26,089 bases of DNA from a virus (lineage: Duplodnaviria > Caudoviricetes), in IMG/VR virus record IMGVR_UViG_3300017743_001539, positions 1 to 26,089 of that record, one strand, 5' to 3'. The notes under the pieces are model-generated. The model saw only the letters and a program-made list of their open reading frames with translations, was not told the origin of the DNA and did not search any database. Positions 7,465 through 15,432 of this stretch are shown in pieces. The position numbers were made by a program, and so were the translations under genes. Positions within the stretch are counted from its first letter, which is position 1. Every line of letters begins with the position of its first letter.

Positions 7465-9889
7465 ATACGGACTTTCCCCCGGAGAAGCATTTGCACAAGG
7501 TTTTGCAAGTAGTTTTGCGTCCACCTACCAAGCAGTGGGAATGCAAAAGAAACAAGAAGAAGCCGATCTTGTAAAATTTAACTTACAGCGTTTTGTTCGT
7601 AAGGAAGATGAATTTAAAGCGGCCGAACTAGCTGATGCTAAGAAAGTTGACGCCGCAAAGAAATTTGCACAGGCAAATGGCCTCCCCGAGGATTCTTGGG
7701 GAAATTTATATAACGATCTAAGTATGGGAATTACACCTAATCAAGTTCAAGCAAAAATTGATGGGGGTAGTTACACTAAGATAAGCACATCTACAAATAA
7801 CGTAGTTACTACAGAGGCAGACTTGCCAAGTGTTGATGCTCGTACATCTAGTCAAACTGATGCCTTACTTGAAACTGATACGGAAAGAAAAGATCAACCG
7901 GCCGACGTTAAAGTCCCCGGCGAGAACTTATTCCAGAGAATGACAGGAGGAATGGCGGATCTGTTTAATAAAGAGAAACGTCAAGAAAAACGTGAAGAGA
8001 GAATACTGCAATCGACTTTAGAGAAACTAGACATATCTCAGTCTGAGTACGACAGGATTCTAAATGGTTACACGTCCGTAGCCCCAGAAATATCTTATGT
8101 GTACTCCGCTAAGAAAGATCCGTCTAAAGCTCCAAAGTGGCAATCTTTAGCAAACGTAACTAAAGACAACTATGTTGCGTTCGCGGCTGAAGCTAGGGCT
8201 AATGATGATGAGGATCAGGCTATAGCTATTGAATCCGTTGGTAAGTCCATAGGAAGTGCAAACCCTGATTACGCTGACTTCTCCAGCATGACTAAGACTA
8301 ACGCCGCTGGTAGACTACTTGCCGCTCAGAGTGCAAACAAACCTCTTATTGCAAAGAAGATTGAAACATGGATGGAGACTAACGTCGATCCTGATAGTGG
8401 GCCTAAATACAAAGATTATGCGTCTATGACAGTTAGTAATTCACGAGGGCGTTTAGTCGCGGCTAAACGTATTGGTGATGCTGACGCCGTCGAAGAAATT
8501 ACTAATTACATCCTAGAAAAAGACCAAGCATTCCCCGACAAGATTGATGAAGAGTGGATTACTTCTCAGTACACCAAATTTGCTATTGCGGCAAATAGGC
8601 CGAATGCTTCTGAAGAGGATAAGTTAGCATTCCAGAACTTTAAAGAATTAGAACTTCCGGCGTATATGGAAGCGTACAAACTAGTTAACCCTCAAGATGA
8701 CGCCCTTACATTTGAGCAAGCGTGGACTAAGTATTACTCCTTAAAGAATGACGCAGAGTCAGACCCTGATGAAGTAACTCAAGCACTTGCTGTTGCTAAC
8801 GGCGCAATCATCGGTATGTCTATACAAGAAAACGTCAAAGAGAACGGTGGTAAGCCCGTATCCCTAGTTAAGATTGGCAAGGACGGTACGGCAGAATTTG
8901 TAACGTCAGCCACACCTCAATTTACTGGGGATGGGGATACTACCTACATAGATGGCTACGGCTCCGTAGTAGGAGAAGGGTATCGTCTAGTAACTAAAGA
9001 CGAAGACGAAGCTAGGGAGAAAGTAGTAAATTCTATAAGCACCCGACGCAAAGCCTACGATACCAACTTTGTAACAGCAACTGGAGCGGTTCGACTGTAT
9101 GGGGAACTTGCGGATATGGTTATTGATGATGACCGTGTACTGTTCGCTACATCCGGCGCGGCTAAGAGTGCCTCAAACTTCCTGAAAGAACTTAACAATG
9201 GTCTAGATATTATAGGAGAAATATTTGCGGCCAACAATACAAAAGGGGAGTCTACCGATATCCCCCGAGACATAATCGAAAGACGCTTACGCCAGAAAGG
9301 TCAATTGGCTGAAGGTCAAAGTTTACAGGATCTAGCTAATACAAATACGATGACTTTAGGTGACTCTGTTGAAGATCTAGCTAAGAAGAAAGCGGCATTT
9401 AACGCCAAAATAATCTTGATGGCATTCCGTGCGGGTGGCCTAGAAGGTCAGACAGGTATGGCTATGTCAAACAAAGACTTCGATCGTTTGAAAGAAGTGG
9501 TTAATGCCTCTAAAGACGGCGAGACTTTTGTTACGGAGCTAGGCAAGTATGTACAGGGCCGTATTGATACCCTGCAAGATGATGCAAGCCTACTTCAAAA
9601 TGACGCGGGTAGAGTGAACTTCCAGAACAGATATGGCTACGATCCTTACTCAGGAAATAGCCCTGTTACAGAATGGAGTAGTCTAACTGAAGAAGGTGCG
9701 GAAATGGATCCGCGTCTACAGAAGGGCTTTGATATACTCGCCGGAGACTATGAGTTTGGTGCAAAGAAACCAGAAGTAGTAGTACCTACGATCTCTACAA
9801 TGGATGAGTACGAACTCTTACCTGTAGGAACCAAATATCAATTCCTTGACCCTGATGGTAAGTTGCAAACTTCAACTAAGAGAAAATAA
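7457..9889 (+). CDS. Putative internal virion (ejection) protein
   Basis: 810 aa with a GGAGG SD. The N-terminus is the amphipathic AFAQGFASSFA and the composition looks helical. Its position matches the podovirus core-protein block. Function is inferred from size and synteny only. Confidence 0.55.
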   Translation: MSKYGLSPGEAFAQGFASSFASTYQAVGMQKKQEEADLVKFNLQRFVRKEDEFKAAELADAKKVDAAKKFAQANGLPEDSWGNLYNDLSMGITPNQVQAKIDGGSYTKISTSTNNVVTTEADLPSVDARTSSQTDALLETDTERKDQPADVKVPGENLFQRMTGGMADLFNKEKRQEKREERILQSTLEKLDISQSEYDRILNGYTSVAPEISYVYSAKKDPSKAPKWQSLANVTKDNYVAFAAEARANDDEDQAIAIESVGKSIGSANPDYADFSSMTKTNAAGRLLAAQSANKPLIAKKIETWMETNVDPDSGPKYKDYASMTVSNSRGRLVAAKRIGDADAVEEITNYILEKDQAFPDKIDEEWITSQYTKFAIAANRPNASEEDKLAFQNFKELELPAYMEAYKLVNPQDDALTFEQAWTKYYSLKNDAESDPDEVTQALAVANGAIIGMSIQENVKENGGKPVSLVKIGKDGTAEFVTSATPQFTGDGDTTYIDGYGSVVGEGYRLVTKDEDEAREKVVNSISTRRKAYDTNFVTATGAVRLYGELADMVIDDDRVLFATSGAAKSASNFLKELNNGLDIIGEIFAANNTKGESTDIPRDIIERRLRQKGQLAEGQSLQDLANTNTMTLGDSVEDLAKKKAAFNAKIILMAFRAGGLEGQTGMAMSNKDFDRLKEVVNASKDGETFVTELGKYVQGRIDTLQDDASLLQNDAGRVNFQNRYGYDPYSGNSPVTEWSSLTEEGAEMDPRLQKGFDILAGDYEFGAKKPEVVVPTISTMDEYELLPVGTKYQFLDPDGKLQTSTKRK

Positions 9890-12800
9890 TGTCAGAAACC
9901 TTAAATCAATTCGGGGATCCAATTGACCAAGTAGAACTTAGTCCTTTTGGTGATCCTATAGAAACTACACCCGCGCCTACGAAAACTGCTGAACTCCCCA
10001 CCGAAGACAATCCATTTCAGATTGTCGATAAGATGGTGTCCGAAAACTTATTTGGTGAACCCGTAGAATTACCCGCCCCTACTAGTAGCATGTACAGTGA
10101 CGTAGAAGGTGGGGCATTTAGTTTTAGCGACAGAGCCGCAGTTGAAAAGAAGATCAATGACCGATACGAAATGTACCGTAAGCACCCGGACGCATCTATG
10201 GATTTTGCCGGTAACCTTACATATAAAGGCGACATTGTTCCCACACCAAACGTAGGATTCTTTACCGGAGATGGTGGAGTAGGGATAGATTCAAAAGTTG
10301 GGTATGGCCTTAAACGCGCCGGTAAAAACGTACTAGAGTTAGGTGGTGCTGGGTTAGAAAAATTACGAGATGTCGTACAAGAAAATATTGGTGCTATTCA
10401 GGTATTTGATACCGAGGGAAACTTCTCTCCTGATTTCTTGAGCCCCACAGAATTAGATCAATATTACACTGAAAACCCGGAAGCGGGAGTATTCGGTGGA
10501 CGAGATCTAGGCGCAGTAGAATATATCCAAGATAACGTATCCGATATAAACACAGATGATAGTTTAGGCGACACGCTTATCACAGAAGGTGCCGGTATTT
10601 TAACCGGAGGTGGTGCGGGTGTAAAAGCTATTCAATGGCTACCAAAACTAGCCCAGACTAAGTACGTTGGTGGTATTGCTAAAATGCTTGGCTTTGAAAT
10701 TGGTGCGGCGTCTACGATGAGTTCTGACGTACAGACCTTAGCCGTAGGTGAAAATTCCGTACTTAATGATCTATTTGGGGGCGAAATAACTAACGCTGTA
10801 CCTTTTTTAAAAGGTATGGAGATTGACCCCGAGGATCCTGAGTATCAACAAGTACTAGACAAACGATTTAACATCCTAGCAGACGCCATAGCTATAATGG
10901 GGCCAGCGGAAAGTGCCGTAAGAGGCATAACAGCGGCCGCCGCATTCTCATGGTCTATGACCGGTGGGCAGATATTTAAAGCACTCAAGCCTAACACAGC
11001 GCAGGAAATGGTTGTCCGGGATATTCTTGATGAGTTTGCTGGAATTACAGGTGATCCTACGAGAGATAAAGAAGCTAGGGAACGTATTCTCAAGCTGGTC
11101 GAAGAGAACAAAGAAGTATTCATCAACATACCAGAAGAGATGGGGGGCGATATCAAGTACACCGCCGACACTATGTCTTCAATTATGAGAGCCCTTGAGA
11201 ATGACGATACTGAAGCGGCACGAAAGCTCTACACAACCGCGCAGGGCTTACTCAAGAAGCAAGTACAACAAGGACGGGGCTCACCTGAGCTGATAGAAAA
11301 GGTAAGTACTCCGGGCAGAGAATTAGAAAACGTAACTAACCAGACTGAAGAGGTATTAGGTGGTACAGACGCTATCAATATGTCTAGCGACGGGTTTGCT
11401 AGTGCGGGACAAAAGGTTATTGATGATGCTGAAGGCGTAGTAACTAATCTACAGACACAGTTAGATGAAGTTAATAACCAAGTAGGCACATTGCTACGAG
11501 AAGATCCTACGTTCGGTGAGAAGATTAAGCAGATCGAGAATATCGTACAGTTTGATATCTACGCTGGCCGTAACCAAGCCGCTGACGGTATCGTTACAAA
11601 CCTACGCCGTGCGTATGAGACGATGACAGATCAAAAGAATAGCCTATACACTGCTATTAAAGGTGGGGAGATTAATCCGAATGGATTGATTGAGGTATTA
11701 CAAGATTTACAACCGGGCCAGATTAGTGCGGCCAAAGAACAACTAAAGCCAAACAGCATATTCGGCAGACTACTCGACGAAGTGCAACTATCTACAAAGA
11801 TGGTTGATGGTAAGCCTGTACAAGAAACCGCTGAAGAAATGCAAACGCGGGTGCTTAAATTTATCAATGATGAAGGGCTAGACTTCCAGACGTTGTACCG
11901 TGAGGTACGACCAGCCGTAGCACAGAATGCTTCTGACATGTTTGCTCAAGGTAACAACGCCGCAGGGCGAGTTCTTAGAGAGTTTGTATCGTATATCGAT
12001 ACGAAGGCAGTCGATGATCTTATCGAGTTTGGTGACGATGAAGTAGCTGAAGCCGCGGTAGCCGCTAAAGAATACTACACAAAGAGTTACGCGCCTTATT
12101 GGAGAGATGGCCTAGCATTAGAAGAAGTAGGTAACATCCACACACAAACGGTAGGCAGAACTAGTAAAGATATGATCGAAGAAGGGGTAGAGATACAAGG
12201 GCCTAAGTTTGCACAAGAATCCAGACAGCAAGTAGTCGGTGCGCTCAGTGACACTAACCGTGAAGCTGGCACACAGATTATTAATCTATTGGATAAAGAA
12301 GGAAACGCTGGTGTTGTAACCGATTATATTATCGGAGATATCATGGGCAAATTGTCCGGCCGTATTGGTGGTTCAACTAAGATACCAGATATCGATACAG
12401 CCGACATTATAGAGTCTTTGTCAAACTACGGTACTCTAGTTCGAGAGAACTTCCCGGATCAAGCAAAGCGTATTGATACGCTGTTAGGTAATCTAAGAAA
12501 CTCAAGCCTGACTAGAGAACAACTAGAAGCACAGATTAAGTCGGCAACAGACGCCGCCACAGCCGCTAAAGAAAGAATTTACGGTGACGAATTAGCCGCG
12601 TTCTTCCAGCCTAATGGTAAAGCTAAGATTAATGGGTTTAAGGCATTTGAGAAGATCTTAAATGATCCTCAGTCTATGCGAAAGGTACCCGGTACAGAGC
12701 AGTTTGAAGGCCCACTAGCAGATTTAATCCAGACAGCCAAAGAGTCCGGCAATCCTGTATTACTAGAAGGTATGCAAGTTGCTTACGCACGTCATTTTAG

Positions 12801-13437
12801 AAAGAAATTCCTAGCCGCTACCCAAGAGTTAGGTGGTAACAGAATGCTCAAGACCGGCGTAGACACCGCTGTCCGAGATGAGCTAGATAATGTTTTACTT
12901 TATGGTGAAGCAGTGTTCGGAGACAAGCCCGCGCTTATAAATGGCTTGAAGGTATTACTTAATGAGACTGGGATAATTACCCGGGCTAAAGGGGCCAAGT
13001 CTATCGGCGCAGGATCAGATACTTACGCTAATATTTTACAGGCCGGGGCTAAACAGGCACTTGATAAGTCTGTTACATTGACCCTCGGTGTTCTTAGTAG
13101 ACTAGGCGCACGAGTTAGAGCCGCTGGTACAGGATTGATTACCAACGCGGTCAATAAAAACGGTGTTGCCCGTGTAACTGACATTATGTTTGCTGACCCG
13201 GATTTATTCTTAGAAGTAGCTCGTAAGGTAGTAGACAAAGACGGTAACGTCTCATCAACTGCCGCAGAGATAATGAAGACGTATGCTCTCCGTGTAGGCA
13301 TCTACAACGAAGACAACGAGCCCAGTGACGCAGAGATGTTGGAACTGCTTATAGATACGGAACGTATGTTTAGAGAAGGCAGGGATGCCGTTCAACAGAC
13401 AGGCGAAGCCCTAATTGAAGGCGCTACTAATAAATAA
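9889..13437 (+). CDS. Putative large internal virion (ejection) protein
   Basis: 1182 aa, last gene of the late operon, TAATG coupling, N-terminal FGDPI repeats and Gly/Ala-rich hydrophobic stretches. Function is inferred from size and synteny only. Confidence 0.55.
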   Translation: MSETLNQFGDPIDQVELSPFGDPIETTPAPTKTAELPTEDNPFQIVDKMVSENLFGEPVELPAPTSSMYSDVEGGAFSFSDRAAVEKKINDRYEMYRKHPDASMDFAGNLTYKGDIVPTPNVGFFTGDGGVGIDSKVGYGLKRAGKNVLELGGAGLEKLRDVVQENIGAIQVFDTEGNFSPDFLSPTELDQYYTENPEAGVFGGRDLGAVEYIQDNVSDINTDDSLGDTLITEGAGILTGGGAGVKAIQWLPKLAQTKYVGGIAKMLGFEIGAASTMSSDVQTLAVGENSVLNDLFGGEITNAVPFLKGMEIDPEDPEYQQVLDKRFNILADAIAIMGPAESAVRGITAAAAFSWSMTGGQIFKALKPNTAQEMVVRDILDEFAGITGDPTRDKEARERILKLVEENKEVFINIPEEMGGDIKYTADTMSSIMRALENDDTEAARKLYTTAQGLLKKQVQQGRGSPELIEKVSTPGRELENVTNQTEEVLGGTDAINMSSDGFASAGQKVIDDAEGVVTNLQTQLDEVNNQVGTLLREDPTFGEKIKQIENIVQFDIYAGRNQAADGIVTNLRRAYETMTDQKNSLYTAIKGGEINPNGLIEVLQDLQPGQISAAKEQLKPNSIFGRLLDEVQLSTKMVDGKPVQETAEEMQTRVLKFINDEGLDFQTLYREVRPAVAQNASDMFAQGNNAAGRVLREFVSYIDTKAVDDLIEFGDDEVAEAAVAAKEYYTKSYAPYWRDGLALEEVGNIHTQTVGRTSKDMIEEGVEIQGPKFAQESRQQVVGALSDTNREAGTQIINLLDKEGNAGVVTDYIIGDIMGKLSGRIGGSTKIPDIDTADIIESLSNYGTLVRENFPDQAKRIDTLLGNLRNSSLTREQLEAQIKSATDAATAAKERIYGDELAAFFQPNGKAKINGFKAFEKILNDPQSMRKVPGTEQFEGPLADLIQTAKESGNPVLLEGMQVAYARHFRKKFLAATQELGGNRMLKTGVDTAVRDELDNVLLYGEAVFGDKPALINGLKVLLNETGIITRAKGAKSIGAGSDTYANILQAGAKQALDKSVTLTLGVLSRLGARVRAAGTGLITNAVNKNGVARVTDIMFADPDLFLEVARKVVDKDGNVSSTAAEIMKTYALRVGIYNEDNEPSDAEMLELLIDTERMFREGRDAVQQTGEALIEGATNK

Positions 13438-13438
13438 C

Positions 13439-13515
13439 TGGCGCGCTTGGGAAGACTCGAACTCCCGGCCTTTCGGTTCGTAGCCGAACGCTCTATCCAA
13501 CTGAGCTACAAGCGC
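13439..13515 (-). tRNA. tRNA-Arg (anticodon ACG), CCA encoded
   Basis: The reverse complement GCGCTTGTAGCTCAGTTGGATAGAGCGTTCGGCTACGAACCGAAAGGCCGGGAGTTCGAGTCTTCCCAAGCGCGCCA folds into a full cloverleaf: 7-bp acceptor stem, TTCGG/CCGAA anticodon stem around CT-ACG-AA, and a TTCGA T-loop. Confidence 0.97.
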
Positions 13516-13519
13516 ATAT

Positions 13520-13565
13520 AAAAAAGCCCCCATCTTGAGCCCGTTGGTTAGACGGAGATGAGGGC
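13520..13565 (-). terminator. Intrinsic terminator-like hairpin
   Basis: On the minus strand GCCCTCATCT...AGATGGGGGC forms a 10-bp stem with one G-U and an inner CCGT/ACGG stem, followed by TTTTTT. Confidence 0.7.
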
Positions 13566-13597
13566 AAAGTCCACTACAAAAGGACTATGAAAAAGTG

Positions 13598-13876
13598 TTA
13601 CGATTCAGAAGCCTCAGTGTCAACATCAGATGCTGGGGCTTCTTCCGTTTGGGGCTGGGCCGCTTGCTTCTCGAACAATCCTAATTCAAAGATTGAACGG
13701 TTAAGTGTCCAGTGCATGAACGGGATATTACTAACGGAACTAGACATGAATAAGTGACCGTCTTTGTTGAACCCGGTAACAATGCAACTATCAAACTTCC
13801 CTTTGAGAGAATCCAATAGTTCATCGGTTGAAAGTGGTTGTTGTGCATTTGGGTCAATGCTTTCTGCCTCTGGCAT
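13598..13876 (-). CDS. Hypothetical protein (92 aa)
   Basis: AGGAG SD; follows the MazG-like gene in the same operon. Confidence 0.75.
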   Translation of the reverse strand: MPEAESIDPNAQQPLSTDELLDSLKGKFDSCIVTGFNKDGHLFMSSSVSNIPFMHWTLNRSIFELGLFEKQAAQPQTEEAPASDVDTEASES

Positions 13877-13885
13877 AATATACTC

Positions 13886-14188
13886 CTATTTATCTTTTAC
13901 AAATTTACCGTCAACCATTTTACCGGTGCGGCGTTTAATTACGTCGTATGCGGCTTGCACACACTCTTCCATCGTGAAGTTCCATGCCTCGGCTTGCATG
14001 GTTAAGGTAACAAAGATATCACCAATTGCATCCTGCACTTCGTCTACATCATGCTCGTAAATAGCTTGACGTAACTCGGCTACTTCCTCTTCAGTTTTCT
14101 CAAGCTGAGAGAGAGGTTCCGCGTAAGGTAAGATACCTTTTTCAATTCCCCATTCGAGAATTTGATCGTTAAGAGTGTCTAAACTCAT
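13886..14188 (-). CDS. MazG-like nucleotide pyrophosphohydrolase
   Basis: QLEKTEEEVAEL...EVQDAIGDIFVTL gives the EExxE...DxxGD metal motif; C-terminal AYDVIKRRTGKMVDGKFVKD. Confidence 0.88.
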   Translation of the reverse strand: MSLDTLNDQILEWGIEKGILPYAEPLSQLEKTEEEVAELRQAIYEHDVDEVQDAIGDIFVTLTMQAEAWNFTMEECVQAAYDVIKRRTGKMVDGKFVKDK

Positions 14189-14212
14189 ACATGTTCCTTT
14201 TCGATTTAGTTA

Positions 14213-14241
14213 ATAATACTACAAAGAGATAACTAAGTAAA
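14213..14241 (-). promoter_or_regulatory. Putative sigma70 promoter for the MazG-like gene
   Basis: TTTACT-17 nt-TATTAT upstream of an AAGGA SD. Confidence 0.6.
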
Positions 14242-14247
14242 TAGTTA
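14230..14247. promoter_or_regulatory. Putative operator TAACTA-N6-TAGTTA (copy A)
   Basis: Perfect 6-bp inverted arms. A second copy with the same arms and spacing is at 25485-25502. Confidence 0.6.
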
Positions 14248-14253
14248 GGGGCG

Positions 14254-14439
14254 TTATCTACTCTGTAGCTTTTTAAGGTTTAAGAAGAAACCGGAGTCAA
14301 ACCCGCGCTTCCACTCCTTGTGGAGGAAAGAAGTTTCCTTATAAGGGCTGTCGAATATACCCCGATAAAACGCCTTCTGTCCCATATCAAACGCCACTTC
14401 CAGTGGCTTTTTTTTGGCCTGTCGTTTCTGATGCGACAT
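14254..14439 (-). CDS. Ribosome modulation factor (RMF)/CrpP-fold-like small basic protein
   Basis: The pattern KRQ....LE.A...G..A...G....PY.........W..GF aligns by eye with E. coli RMF as recalled. AGGAG SD. Confidence 0.55.
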   Translation of the reverse strand: MSHQKRQAKKKPLEVAFDMGQKAFYRGIFDSPYKETSFLHKEWKRGFDSGFFLNLKKLQSR

Positions 14440-14451
14440 AGGTCAAAACTC

Positions 14452-15432
14452 CTATGATACCGCTCCCCATACCTCTGCCCAATCGCCAGAGAGTGCCCCT
14501 TTTGCGTAGTCCACAACTTTGTTTTCAAAGAAGTTAGTGTGTGTGACACCAAGCATTCCATCTACCCAAGGCAACGGGTTAGTCTTCACTTTGAAGATAC
14601 CCTTCATGCCCAGCGCGATTAAACGTCTGTCACAAATATATCGGATATACTGCTTAACCTCGATAGGGGTCAGGCCTTCCATCTGGTTCACGCCGAACGC
14701 TAGGCCGATAAACTTATCCTCTAGCTCAACCATCTTTTCAGCGGTGGTGTATATCATCTTTTTAGTTTCATCATTCCAAAGGGTACGGTTCTCTTGAACG
14801 TAGGTGCGGAACAACTTAATCATGCTCTCAGTGTGCAGGGTTTCGTCAGCGATAGACCATGCAATGATCTGTCCCATACCCTTCATTTTACCGTGCCTAG
14901 CAAAGTTCAGTAGCATCACGAATGAGCTAAACAACTGCATACCTTCAGTAAATGCACTAAACCCGGCAATCTGTGCGGGTAGGTTCTCGTCCTTCTGTAG
15001 CTCTTGGAAGAAGTCATGCTTCTCTACCATCTCTTCGTACTCAAGAAACTCGTTGTACGTTGACTCAGGCATACCCAAGGTTTCGATAAGGTGGCTGTAG
15101 GCGGCAACATGGATAGCTTCCCGGGCGGCAAACGACGATAGCATCATCCTTACTTCAGGCTGTGGGAAGTGCGGTAGGTAGTTGTTCACATACGCGCCCG
15201 ACACATCTATGTCGCCCTGAGTAAAGAAGCGGAAGATCTTCGTAAGGAAGTCCTTCTCTCCATCGTTTAATCTGTGACGCCAGTCCTTGGTGTCTTCCAG
15301 CATTGGTACTTCTGTCCACAACCAGTGCATTTGCTCACTGGCCTGAAACGCATCATAAGCCCACGGGTAATTAAATGGCTTATAGTAATCTCTTGTGTCC
15401 GTTAATTTTGGTTTTCTTTTTGGCATAATCAT
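14452..15432 (-). CDS. nrdB: Ribonucleotide reductase class Ia beta subunit
   Basis: Metal ligands in FFTQGD, EAIHVAAY (with the radical Tyr), FTEGMQLFSSF and DETLH, plus TNFFE and the C-terminal Tyr. The start may be 15426. Confidence 0.96.
   Translation of the reverse strand: MIMPKRKPKLTDTRDYYKPFNYPWAYDAFQASEQMHWLWTEVPMLEDTKDWRHRLNDGEKDFLTKIFRFFTQGDIDVSGAYVNNYLPHFPQPEVRMMLSSFAAREAIHVAAYSHLIETLGMPESTYNEFLEYEEMVEKHDFFQELQKDENLPAQIAGFSAFTEGMQLFSSFVMLLNFARHGKMKGMGQIIAWSIADETLHTESMIKLFRTYVQENRTLWNDETKKMIYTTAEKMVELEDKFIGLAFGVNQMEGLTPIEVKQYIRYICDRRLIALGMKGIFKVKTNPLPWVDGMLGVTHTNFFENKVVDYAKGALSGDWAEVWGAVS

Noticed and set aside
13439-13515. tRNA-Arg as a host tRNA marking a prophage boundary
   Set aside because: Phage genes lie on both sides and no duplicate of its 3' end is in the window.
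14280-14561. 93-aa minus-strand ORF overlapping the nrdB end and the RMF-like gene
   Set aside because: An alternative frame across two better-supported genes.
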